NCBI GenBank assembly: GCA_963663895.2
Contig: CAXXRD010000001.1
Coordinates: forward strand, 320,001-384,000
Source of the DNA: Dehalococcoidia bacterium
GTDB taxonomy: Bacteria; Chloroflexota; Dehalococcoidia; Bin125
Length of the DNA stretch: 64,000 nt
Direction: 5' to 3'
Shown here: piece after piece, positions 42,867 to 51,868 of the stretch
Position numbering within the stretch: the stretch's first letter is position 1
How the letters are laid out: each line of letters begins with the position of its first letter
Translations under genes and position numbers: made by a program
The notes under the pieces: model-generated
Seen by the model: only the letters and a program-made list of their open reading frames with translations
What the model was told of the DNA's origin: nothing
Databases searched by the model: none

Positions 42867-42897
42867 TGGAAACAAAACAGCCGAAAAGTTTCCAATC
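42864..42897. repeat. Perfect 10-bp inverted repeat GATTGGAAAC-N14-GTTTCCAATC
   Basis: Read directly from sequence. Confidence 0.85.
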
Positions 42898-43102
42898 ACC
42901 GCAAAAGGGAACCTGTCGGTTCCATTCCACCGCGTGATGGAAGCTCTTTTACCTCAGAGTTTCCTTTTCCCTCGCCACGAAACCGCCAACCCGGCCGCAG
43001 CGGGTGTGAACCACTACAGGGCCCCGGCGCGCTATGCTCGCCATGCCGGGGCGGGGCCGGCGTCCCCGCCCGCCCCGCCAGTGGAGCAAGGAGCCGCCCG
43101 CC

Positions 43103-44011
43103 ATGGCGCAACGGATACCGAAGAGCACGGCAGCCCTGGCCCTAGCGGCCCTCGCCGCAGGAGGGCTGGCCCTGGCGGCGCTGATCGTCGCCATCGTGGC
43201 GCTGGGAGACGACTCCGCTCCGGCCTCGGCCGAGGCCCCCTTCAAGTCCGATCCCGACGCCTACACCCGCTGGTTCGTGGAGCAGGCCCTGGAGCGCTAC
43301 GAGACGTCCGGCCTGGAGGAGACCGTCGCCTACTACAACACCGCAGCGAGCCTTGACGGGCAGTGGTACGTCTTCATCATCGACGAGGACGACACGATGA
43401 TCGCGCACGCCGCCAACCCGGACTTCGTGGGGCAGCACGTCTCGGCGGCGGTGGGGCCGAACGGCTATCCCTCGGGGCTGGCGGTCGCGGCGGCGGCCAG
43501 CGAGGACGGCGGCTGGATCGACTACAGCTTCCCCAATTTCGACACCGGCGGCGCGGAGACCAAGCACTCCTGGATCATCCGCCACGACGGGCTGATCTTC
43601 GGCTCCGGCTGGTACGAGCGCGGCCCGAGCAAGGCCGACGCCCCCGCCTACACCCAAGCCTTCGTCCGGGAGGCCGTGAACCTCTACAACGCGCTGGGCC
43701 TGGAGGAGACCGTCGCCTACTACAACACGGAGGAGCACATCGACGACCAGTGGTACGTCTTCATCATCGACGAAGACGGCTACACGATCTCCCACTACAA
43801 CCCGGCGCTGCGCGGGCGGGACCCCAGCCTGCGGATCGACCCCACGGGCTACTTCTACGGCGACGATTTGCTGGCGGCGACCGAGACGGGCCGCTGGGTC
43901 AACTACGTCATCCGCAACCCGGAGTCGGGGCAGGATCAGCGCAAGCACACCTGGGCCGTGCGCCACGACGGGCTCCTCTTCGCCTCCGGCTGGTACGAAG
44001 CGCTTCCCTGA
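43103..44011 (+). CDS. Membrane-anchored protein with two single-Cache domains
   Basis: N-terminal TM; twice YYNT...D.QWYVFIID.D...I.H.NP...G.W..Y..N...G....KH.W..RHDGL.F.SGWYE. Confidence 0.85.
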   Translation: MAQRIPKSTAALALAALAAGGLALAALIVAIVALGDDSAPASAEAPFKSDPDAYTRWFVEQALERYETSGLEETVAYYNTAASLDGQWYVFIIDEDDTMIAHAANPDFVGQHVSAAVGPNGYPSGLAVAAAASEDGGWIDYSFPNFDTGGAETKHSWIIRHDGLIFGSGWYERGPSKADAPAYTQAFVREAVNLYNALGLEETVAYYNTEEHIDDQWYVFIIDEDGYTISHYNPALRGRDPSLRIDPTGYFYGDDLLAATETGRWVNYVIRNPESGQDQRKHTWAVRHDGLLFASGWYEALP

Positions 44012-44050
44012 GGCCGGCGCCGCCTTAGCCAAGCCGGTCAAGCCGCCGTC

Positions 44051-44500
44051 ATGGATCTCCGCCTCGCCGTCCTCGCCGACGCCGCCAACGTCACCAGCGA
44101 CGGCAAGCTCAACGTCACCGGCATCTTCAACCGGCTGCGCACCACCAAGCTCCCGGCCCAGCATCCCCTGCTCGTGGCCGTCCTCCAGATCGCCATCGGC
44201 GCCGCCGACTTCGGCCGCGATGCGCAGACCGGCCTGCGTATCGTCGCCCCGGACGGCGAGACCACCGATCCCTTCACGATGACGCACAAGCTGCCCCGCG
44301 GGCGTCCCGGCGAGCCCGCCCTCTGGAACGTCATCTTCCGCCTGCCCAACCTGCGTCTGGCCAAGGCCGGCGCCTACGAGTTCCACGTCCTCGTGGACCA
44401 GGCGACCGTCGCCACCATCCCCCTCACCGTCACCAAGGTCGAAGCCAAGGGCTCTCCCCCCTCCCAGCCCCCCGCGCCGCCGAAGGACGACGCCCCCTAG
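44051..44500 (+). CDS. Hypothetical protein (DUF6941-like beta-sandwich)
   Basis: LADAANV..DGKLNV.GIF, G.YEF.V.VD pattern. Confidence 0.7.
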   Translation: MDLRLAVLADAANVTSDGKLNVTGIFNRLRTTKLPAQHPLLVAVLQIAIGAADFGRDAQTGLRIVAPDGETTDPFTMTHKLPRGRPGEPALWNVIFRLPNLRLAKAGAYEFHVLVDQATVATIPLTVTKVEAKGSPPSQPPAPPKDDAP

Positions 44501-44522
44501 GCGCCGCGCGTCCTCTCCCGCC

Positions 44523-45542
44523 CTATCCCGCCCCATCCCCCAGGACCGCTTGCACCGCGCCGGACAGCTCCTGCACCGTCACCGTCCCCTCGAAGCGGGC
44601 CCGGATCGTTCCCTCCGCGTCGATCACGAACACCCAGGGCTCGCTGGGCAGGTTCCACTCCAGGAAGGCGGCCGCCTCCCGCAGCGCCTGCGGCTCGTGC
44701 GGGTTCTCGAAGATCTCCACGTGGATGGCCTGCACCCGCGGCGCCCAGGCGCGCCAGACCTGCTTGACGATCTCCAGCGTCGGCCCGCAGGTGCGCGAAT
44801 GACAGAAGGCCGGGGTCGAGAAGGCAACGATCAGCGGCTGCCCGCCGCGCAGCGCCTCGTCGAGGCGCAACTGGTACAGTCCCGGCTCCGGCGCCGGATC
44901 CGAGGTCAGGCGGCGGATATCCGGCTCGTCTCCCAGGGAGCGCGTGCGGCTGGCCGGCGCCGTCTCCCCCAGCCCCGGCGCCTGCGACTCCTCGCGCACG
45001 CTCAGCCGGAAGTGCACCAGCGTCTCTTCCCCCTGTGGCGGCTTGATGGCGAACTCGATCCCCCAGATCCCCGCCCGCCCGAACCGCACCGGCGCCACGT
45101 AGACCCCCGCCCCCACGTAGCGCCCCGCGTCCGACACGCCGCTGCCCCCCACGTGCCGGTGCGCTTGCGGCAGCGGCGACTCCGCCCCGAAGGAGATGAA
45201 GGAGGCCGTTACGCTGTCCAGCGGCCGCTCGCGGTCCCGTTCCAGGTCGTAGATGCGCGCGACCACGTCCACGTCGGAGACGGTCAAGCCCCGCGCGTCC
45301 TGCACAGTGAAGCTCAAGCGGTTCATCCCCACCGAGAGGTCGGCGTTGGCCAGCGTCGGCAGGTAGGGCGCCTCGCCCCCGGCTTGGACCAAGTCCCAGC
45401 GATCCAGGCCCGCCGCCGCGCCGCCGCTCACGGCGCCCTCGTCGCCGCTGCTCAGCGCGAGCACCACCGCCAGGACGCCCACCACCACCGCCGCCACCAG
45501 CGCCACCACGCCCAAGACCGTCCGGCGTCCCGCTCTCCCCAT
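44523..45542 (-). CDS. Membrane-anchored protein with Ig-like and thioredoxin-like domains
   Basis: N-terminal TM; FSTPAFCHSRTCGP, IHVEI, WNLPSEPWVFVID..G. Confidence 0.75.
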   Translation of the reverse strand: MGRAGRRTVLGVVALVAAVVVGVLAVVLALSSGDEGAVSGGAAAGLDRWDLVQAGGEAPYLPTLANADLSVGMNRLSFTVQDARGLTVSDVDVVARIYDLERDRERPLDSVTASFISFGAESPLPQAHRHVGGSGVSDAGRYVGAGVYVAPVRFGRAGIWGIEFAIKPPQGEETLVHFRLSVREESQAPGLGETAPASRTRSLGDEPDIRRLTSDPAPEPGLYQLRLDEALRGGQPLIVAFSTPAFCHSRTCGPTLEIVKQVWRAWAPRVQAIHVEIFENPHEPQALREAAAFLEWNLPSEPWVFVIDAEGTIRARFEGTVTVQELSGAVQAVLGDGAG

Positions 45543-45708
45543 GCCCTCAGCCTAACCTAAGCGACAGCAAGCGAGCTTCATCCACCGGGGCAGCCAAGTT
45601 ATCCCCGACCGGAGGCGAACCGGCCACGGACGGCGATGGATTCCCAGCCACGACGGCGGCGTCCCCGCCCAGCGGCGCCGAGCGTTTTCACCGAGAAACA
45701 GCGAGGGC

Positions 45709-45737
45709 TTGACTCGTACGCAGGTTGCGAGTTCAAT
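45709..45737 (+). promoter_or_regulatory. Putative sigma-70 promoter TTGACT-17-TTCAAT
   Basis: Correct spacing upstream of the 66-aa gene; -10 is weak. Confidence 0.4.
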
Positions 45738-45801
45738 GCCATTAGGTGCTCTTTCCACTGAAGAGCGTAAGCATATTTCCTTTTGAGAACGGAGCGAAGC
45801 G

Positions 45802-46002
45802 GTGTCTTTCTCCACCACCAACTCGCGAGGGCAGACCTACTATCTGCACGGCAAGAACATCACCCTCAAGAACGGCCACGAGCAGCGCATCTACTACTTC
45901 GCGCGCCAGCCCCAGGCCGAAACCCTCGACGCGGTGCCGTCCGGCTACACCATCGCCGAGAACGCCAGGACCGGGCTCCCCGTCCTCAAGAAGGCCAGCT
46001 AG
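45802..46002 (+). CDS. Small conserved hypothetical protein (66 aa)
   Basis: GGAG RBS; TNSRGQTYYLH...IYYFA...ENARTGLPVLKK; clean codon usage. Confidence 0.75.
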   Translation: MSFSTTNSRGQTYYLHGKNITLKNGHEQRIYYFARQPQAETLDAVPSGYTIAENARTGLPVLKKAS

Positions 46003-46805
46003 CCGCCGCCAAGAATCGCCAGCGCGGCGCCGTGGAGCGCCGGGGTTCCGGCCGCCACCACGCGCCCGTCCGACTCCAGCCCCAGCGCCCTTCCCTCCCA
46101 ATCGGTCATCACCCCGCCCGCGCCCTCCACCACCGGCACCAGCGCGCAGTAGTCGTAGGGCTGTAGCGACGCCTCCACCACCAGATCCACGAAGCCGCTC
46201 GCCAGCAGCCCGTAGGCGTAGCAGTCCGCCCCGTAGCGTGTGAGGGCCACCTCGCTTCGCAGCCGCTCGAAGGCCGCGGCTGCGGCACCGCCGAACATGT
46301 GGGGCGTGGTCGCGTAGAGAGCGGCGCTCGCCGGCGCGGCGCAGTCCCGCGTCCCGGCGGCCGTTCCGTTCAGGGTCGTCCCCTGCCCGCGCCGCCCCAG
46401 CCAGCGCTCCCCTGTGATCGGCTGGTCGATCACTCCCAGCACCGGCTTCCCGTCCTCCAGCAGCGCGATCAGCGTGCCGAAGGAGGGCTTGCCCGTCATG
46501 AATGCCTGCGTCCCGTCGATCGGATCAAGCACCCAGACGTAGCGGGCCGCGGGCCGCTCCGCGCCCCCCTCCTCGCCGATCACCCCATGCGCCGGGTACT
46601 GCGCGGTGATCAGCGCCCGCATCGCCGCCTCCGCCGCGCGGTCGGCGGCCGTCACGGGGCTGCCGTCGGCTTTGCGCTCCACCGCCACCGGCCGGCGAAA
46701 ATGCTCGCGCAAGATCGCGCCCGCGCCGTCCGCCAAGCGCGCGGCGAAGCGAGCGTACGCATCCAGCGACTCCCGCGGCGATCCCTGGGGCGGCGGGGTA
46801 TCCAT
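45999..46805 (-). CDS. hisN: Histidinol-phosphatase / inositol monophosphatase family
   Basis: [38 protein letters not shown]. Confidence 0.8.
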   Translation of the reverse strand: MDTPPPQGSPRESLDAYARFAARLADGAGAILREHFRRPVAVERKADGSPVTAADRAAEAAMRALITAQYPAHGVIGEEGGAERPAARYVWVLDPIDGTQAFMTGKPSFGTLIALLEDGKPVLGVIDQPITGERWLGRRGQGTTLNGTAAGTRDCAAPASAALYATTPHMFGGAAAAAFERLRSEVALTRYGADCYAYGLLASGFVDLVVEASLQPYDYCALVPVVEGAGGVMTDWEGRALGLESDGRVVAAGTPALHGAALAILGGG

Positions 46806-46972
46806 CGCTCCAGTCTGCCCGCTCCCGGCCGCGCCGAGAAGGCGGCCGCCGGGAAATTGGCGCAGCGGGCCACGGCGCGTATATTGGACTACTCGCCCCG
46901 CCCTTGGACGCGAGCTTCGCGGCCCGGTCGCGCGCATCTCCGGCAGACCGCAGGAGCCCAGGAGGCCCAACC

Positions 46973-48049
46973 ATGGGAAAGATCAACGTCGCCATCATCG
47001 GGGTGGGAAACTGCGCCTCCTCCCTGGTCCAGGGCGTGCATTTCTACCGCGACGCCCAAGAGGATCAGGACATCCCCGGGATTATGCACACGACCCTGGG
47101 CGGCTACCACATCTCCGACATCAACTTCGTGGCCGCCTTCGACATCGACGCCAACAAGGTCGGCAAGGACCTCTCCGAGGCGATCACCGTCGCCCCCAAC
47201 AACACCTACACGTTCACCGACGTGCCGCCCCTCGGCGTCCCCGTCGAGCGCGGCATGACCCACGACGGTCTCGGCAAGTACCTCAGCCAGGTGATCACCA
47301 AGGCTCCGGGGCAAACCGCGGACATCGTCGGCATCCTCAAGGAGCGCGACACCGACGTGGTGATCAGCTACCTCCCCGTCGGCAGCGAGGAAGCCACCAA
47401 ATGGTACGTGGAGCAGATCCTCGACGCCGGCTGCGCCTTCGTGAACTGCATCCCGGTCTTCATCGCCCGCGAGTCCTACTGGGCGCAGCGCTTCCGCGCC
47501 GCCGGCCTCCCCATCATCGGCGACGACATCAAGAGCCAGGTCGGCGCGACCATCGTCCACCGCGTGCTGACCCGCCTCTTCCGCGACCGCGGCGTTCGCA
47601 TCGACCGCTCTTACCAACTGAACTTCGGCGGCAATACCGACTTCCTCAACATGCTGGAGCGCGAGCGCCTGGAGTCCAAGAAGATCTCCAAGACCAACGC
47701 CGTCACCTCACAGCTCGACTACGAACTCCCTTCGCGCGACATCCACGTCGGTCCCAGCGACCATGTCCCCTGGCTCGACGACCGCAAGTGGTGCCACATC
47801 CGCATCGAGGGGACGACCTTCGGCAACGTCCCTCTCAACCTGGAGATGAAGCTGGAGGTGTGGGACAGCCCCAACTCGGCGGGCGTGGTGATCGACGCCA
47901 TCCGTTGCGCCAAGATCGGCAAGGACCGCGGTGAGGCGGGACCACTCCTTGGCCCATCCGCTTACTTCATGAAGTCGCCGCCCCAACAGTGGACCGACGA
48001 CAAGGCGCGCGATGCCGTCGAGAGCTTCGCGGCGGGAGCGTCCGCTTAG
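46973..48049 (+). CDS. ino1: myo-Inositol-1-phosphate synthase
   Basis: [55 protein letters not shown]. Confidence 0.97.
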   Translation: MGKINVAIIGVGNCASSLVQGVHFYRDAQEDQDIPGIMHTTLGGYHISDINFVAAFDIDANKVGKDLSEAITVAPNNTYTFTDVPPLGVPVERGMTHDGLGKYLSQVITKAPGQTADIVGILKERDTDVVISYLPVGSEEATKWYVEQILDAGCAFVNCIPVFIARESYWAQRFRAAGLPIIGDDIKSQVGATIVHRVLTRLFRDRGVRIDRSYQLNFGGNTDFLNMLERERLESKKISKTNAVTSQLDYELPSRDIHVGPSDHVPWLDDRKWCHIRIEGTTFGNVPLNLEMKLEVWDSPNSAGVVIDAIRCAKIGKDRGEAGPLLGPSAYFMKSPPQQWTDDKARDAVESFAAGASA

Positions 48050-48082
48050 CCTGAGGCACGGCGGCAGCGGACGGCCGGCGCG

Positions 48083-49063
48083 ATGGCGTATTACTGGGGA
48101 TGGCGGCTCTTCGGATCGCTGGCGCGCGCGCTGCCCCGGCCGCTGGCCTACCATCTCGCCGGGCTGGTCCTGGAGTTCGCCTTTCTCCTCTGGCCCGCCG
48201 GGCACCGCGCGATGCGGGAGAACCTGCGCGCCGTACTCGCCCGTGACGACCCCGCTGTGCTCGCCTACTGGGCCGCCCGCCAGCAACGGCGTTACGGCGC
48301 CTATCTCGTCGATGCCGCACGGCTGGAAACCCTCGGCGCGGCCGCCGCCCGAGCCGAATGCCGCAACGCCCTCCACAGTCCAGACTGGCCGACCGTCGAG
48401 GCGGCCGTACAAGCCGGTCCCGTGATCTTCGCGCTCATGCACCTGGGCAACTGGGATGTCTGTGCGGGCGCGCTCGCGGCGCGCATGCCCCCGGGCTCCG
48501 CCGCCTTCTTGGTCCCGGCCGAACCGCTCAAACATCCCGCCCTCGACGCCACCATGCGCCGTACCCGGGCCGCCCTCGGATTGGAGCTGCTGCCGGCGAC
48601 GGGCAGTGGCGGGCGCTTGTTGCGCGCCTTGAAACGCGGGCAAAGCGTCGCGCTCCTGATCGACCGGCCACTCGGCCCGCGGCACCAAGGGGTGGACGTC
48701 ACCTTCTGCGGACAAGCGTGCCGCCTGTCCGCAGGCATGGCGCGCCTCGCGCTCGCCAGCGGCGCCCCCGTGATCGCCGCCGGCGCCGTACGGCGTGCCA
48801 GCGGAAGTTTCCTCTTCGAAGGGTTCGCGACGGTCGCGGTCGCGCCGCCGCCGACGGGCGCCCGCGCCCGTGACGTCCAAGCCCTCACCCAAGCCGTGCT
48901 GGATGCATTCGCGCCCGGGGTCCGGCGCCATCCCGACCAGTGGTACCAGTTCCGCCCCTTTTTCCAGCCCGGCGACTCCAATCCCGCCCACGGGACGTCC
49001 CATGCGCCGGACGAAAGCGCGCGCAGCGGGCGGATTGCGGCCGCCGCTCGGGACAACCGATGA
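48083..49063 (+). CDS. Lysophospholipid acyltransferase family (PatA/LpxL-like), copy 1
   Basis: HLGNWD (Hx4D), LLIDR, V.FCG, PDQWYQF. Confidence 0.85.
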   Translation: MAYYWGWRLFGSLARALPRPLAYHLAGLVLEFAFLLWPAGHRAMRENLRAVLARDDPAVLAYWAARQQRRYGAYLVDAARLETLGAAAARAECRNALHSPDWPTVEAAVQAGPVIFALMHLGNWDVCAGALAARMPPGSAAFLVPAEPLKHPALDATMRRTRAALGLELLPATGSGGRLLRALKRGQSVALLIDRPLGPRHQGVDVTFCGQACRLSAGMARLALASGAPVIAAGAVRRASGSFLFEGFATVAVAPPPTGARARDVQALTQAVLDAFAPGVRRHPDQWYQFRPFFQPGDSNPAHGTSHAPDESARSGRIAAAARDNR

Positions 49064-49929
49064 TCGCCGCGGCCGTACTTCGCGGCTTAGAGGCGTTGGC
49101 GGCGATCATCCCCGCGCGCTGGCTCTACGCGGGCGCGCGCTTGGCCGGCACATTGGCCCTGCCTCTGATCGAGCGACGGCGGCAGAGTGCGCGCGCGGGG
49201 GTGCAGCGACTGCAACCCGCCTGGACGCCCGCGCAGCTAGACACCGCGGTACAACGGCAGTTTCAGGAAACGGCGAGATACTACGTCGATATCGCCTTGC
49301 TGCGCCGCCAATCCCCCGAGCGCATCTTGCGCCGCTGGCTCGACATCGAGGGGCTGGAACGGCTCCAAGCCGCCCTGCGATCCGATCGCGGCGTGGTCTT
49401 GGTCAGCGTGCACCTCAGCAACCCCGAGATCGCGATCCAGGCCCTGCCCCCCTTGGGAGCAACCGCGACCGTGATCGTCGAAGCCCTGCCCGAACGGCGT
49501 CTGAAGGCCCTGCGGATGCGCCGGGAGTCCGCAGGCAACCGCTTCGTTCCGGCCACCCTGAAAGGGGTACGGCAAGCGCTCGAAACACTAGAGGGCGGCG
49601 GCTTGGTCGCCATCCTGACCGACCGCGACATCCAGGGCAACGGTATCTGCGTGCCCTTCGCGCGCCGGCTCGCCCGCTTCCCCGTGGGCGCGGTGGATCT
49701 CGCCCTACGCACCGACGCCATCCTCCTCCCCGCATACGCGACGCGCATCCGCGATCATCGCTTCCGCGTCGAGTTCATGGAGCCGCTCTCCCTGCTCCAG
49801 AGCAACGACCGCGCCAAGGACGTCCGTGCGAACCTCGCGATACTGATGGCGCGCTTCGAAGATCCGATCCGAACGAATGTCGAGCAGTGGCGCCTGCTCG
49901 AATCGCCTTGGCGGAGCTGTCGTGACTGA
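49060..49929 (+). CDS. Lysophospholipid acyltransferase family (PatA/LpxL-like), copy 2
   Basis: HLSNPE (Hx4E), ILTDRD, VPF....FPVG, EQW; ATGA overlap. Confidence 0.83.
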   Translation: MIAAAVLRGLEALAAIIPARWLYAGARLAGTLALPLIERRRQSARAGVQRLQPAWTPAQLDTAVQRQFQETARYYVDIALLRRQSPERILRRWLDIEGLERLQAALRSDRGVVLVSVHLSNPEIAIQALPPLGATATVIVEALPERRLKALRMRRESAGNRFVPATLKGVRQALETLEGGGLVAILTDRDIQGNGICVPFARRLARFPVGAVDLALRTDAILLPAYATRIRDHRFRVEFMEPLSLLQSNDRAKDVRANLAILMARFEDPIRTNVEQWRLLESPWRSCRD

Positions 49930-50713
49930 CTCGCCGGGAACGCAGCTTGGGACCGCCGACCTACACACTCACACCACTCGCAGCGACGGCATGGCCTCTC
50001 CCATCGAGCTCGTACGGTGGGCCGAGCAGCAGACGATGATCGACGTGCTGGCCGTCACCGATCACGAAGACCTGAGCGGAGCTTGGGCGGCGCAAGAGGC
50101 CGCCGCCCAGCTCGGCGCACGGCTGCAAGTGATCGCCGGCATGGAGATCACCACCCTCAGCGGGCACCTGATCGCGCTCTTCTTGGAAGAGCCCGTCCCC
50201 TCCTTTCGCTCGTTGACCTACACCCTGGCCGCGGTCCATGCGCAAGGCGGTCTTTGCCTGGTCCCGCACCCGCTCTGCCTCATCCCCTACAGCCTCGGAC
50301 GCCGCGCCATCGCGCGTCACGTGCACGACAGCGTCGGTGAGCGGCTCGACGCTGTGGAGCTCGCCAGCGGCGCTCCGCTCGCCCGCCGCACACAAGCTCG
50401 CGCACGGGAGCTGAACGCCGCCCGCTGGCGTCTGCCGGAATACGGTGGCAGCGACGCCCATTTCCCGCAGGCGCTGGGCAGCGCCGTGACCCGCTTCCCG
50501 GGCCATACCGCCAACGATCTGCAGGCCGCCTTGCGCGCGGGCCTGACCCTGGCCGAGCAGCGCCAGGCACCCGCGCTGCGGCGGATCGGCATGCGCGCGC
50601 TGGCACGCCAACAGCTGCGCGCGCTCTGCGCGACGCCGCGCAACGCCCTCCGGCGGCCACGCCACCGCTCTCGTAACGACTGGCCGGCGAAGCCCGCGAG
50701 AACCCCCGAATGA
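49922..50713 (+). CDS. PHP-domain phosphoesterase
   Basis: DLHTHT..SDG, TDH, EITT..GH, PHP, GGSDAH. Confidence 0.88.
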   Translation: MTDSPGTQLGTADLHTHTTRSDGMASPIELVRWAEQQTMIDVLAVTDHEDLSGAWAAQEAAAQLGARLQVIAGMEITTLSGHLIALFLEEPVPSFRSLTYTLAAVHAQGGLCLVPHPLCLIPYSLGRRAIARHVHDSVGERLDAVELASGAPLARRTQARARELNAARWRLPEYGGSDAHFPQALGSAVTRFPGHTANDLQAALRAGLTLAEQRQAPALRRIGMRALARQQLRALCATPRNALRRPRHRSRNDWPAKPARTPE

Positions 50714-51855
50714 AGATCGCGATGGTGACTCCCTACGACCTCGCCGTGCCGGGCGGCGTCAATACGCACGCCCAGTATTTGGCTGACGCTTTCCGCAACT
50801 GGGGTCACGAAGTCCAGGTGATCGGACCGGCCTCGCAAGCGCTCCCGCGCACATCGACCAGCCCGCGCGTGCTGGGACGCGCGCGGCCGGTGCGGGCAGG
50901 GGGATCGGTGGCGCGAATCGCGCTTTCGTATCGCCTGGGCCATTCCGTACGGACCCTGCTGCGGCGCGAAGCCTTCGACATCGTGCACCTCCACGAGCCA
51001 CTCATGCCAACGCTGCCCCTGCAATTCCTGCGCCATTCCCATGCCATCAACATCGCCACCTTTCACGCCGCGGAACCGATCGGGCGGCGGCTCGGACAGA
51101 TCGCCGCGCCGCTGCTTGCGCGTTGGCTCAACCGGCTCGACGCGCGCATCGCGGTTTCGGCCGTCGCCGGCGCCCAGGCGCAGCGCTACCTCGGCCGGCC
51201 ATGCAAAGTGATCCCCAACTGCATAGACGTCGCCGCCTTCGCAGAAGCAGCCCCGCCCCTCGCGGACCCACCCCGGGGCCTGCGCGAAGACCGCCCCACG
51301 ATCCTCTTCGTGGGACGGCAAGAACCGCGCAAGGGGCTGGCGCACTTGCTGACCGCCTATGGGCGGCTGCGAGCGCGGCGGCCTGACGCGCAGCTCGTGA
51401 TCGTCGGGCCTCTCAGCCCGCTGGGACGGCGCCAACGCAATGGGGTCCAGCGACAGGGCTGGAAGGACGTCACTTTCACCGGCGCCGTCAGCCAGAGCGA
51501 GCTTCTGCACCACTACCAGACCGCCGATCTGCTCTGCGCGCCAGCCACCGGAGGCGAGTCGTTCGGCCTAGTCCTCGTGGAAGCGATGGCCGCGGGCCTG
51601 CCCATCGTTGCCAGCGCCATCCCCGGCTATCGCGATCTGCTTGGTCGCAGCGAGGCGGGGCTGATGGTGCCTCCGCAGGATCCCATCTCTCTGGCCGAAG
51701 CCCTGCTCACCCTCCTGGACGACCAAAGCGCGCGCACGGCCATGGGGGCAGCGGGACGACGCCGCGCGGAGACCTTTAGCGTCGAGACGGTGGGGCAGCA
51801 GGTGCTCGCCCTGTACGATCATCATCTGAACAGACAAGGCCGGGCGGCGGGATGA
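50710..51855 (+). CDS. pimA: GT4 glycosyltransferase, phosphatidylinositol alpha-mannosyltransferase-like
   Basis: MKIAMVTPYD..VPGGV..H, HLHEP, ATFH, EPRKG, GGESFGLVLVEAMAAG. Confidence 0.8.
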   Translation: MKIAMVTPYDLAVPGGVNTHAQYLADAFRNWGHEVQVIGPASQALPRTSTSPRVLGRARPVRAGGSVARIALSYRLGHSVRTLLRREAFDIVHLHEPLMPTLPLQFLRHSHAINIATFHAAEPIGRRLGQIAAPLLARWLNRLDARIAVSAVAGAQAQRYLGRPCKVIPNCIDVAAFAEAAPPLADPPRGLREDRPTILFVGRQEPRKGLAHLLTAYGRLRARRPDAQLVIVGPLSPLGRRQRNGVQRQGWKDVTFTGAVSQSELLHHYQTADLLCAPATGGESFGLVLVEAMAAGLPIVASAIPGYRDLLGRSEAGLMVPPQDPISLAEALLTLLDDQSARTAMGAAGRRRAETFSVETVGQQVLALYDHHLNRQGRAAG

Positions 51856-51868
51856 GCGCTGCAGCGGC

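Noticed and set aside
42864-42897. ATTGGAAAC/GTTTCCAATC resembles CRISPR repeat ends
   Set aside because: Single inverted pair with a 14-nt gap; no array and no cas genes.
45585-45610. Possible DnaA boxes (TCATCCACC, TTATCCCCG) near the skew change
   Set aside because: Two mismatches each, no cluster, no AT-rich unwinding element and no dnaA; insufficient to call oriC.
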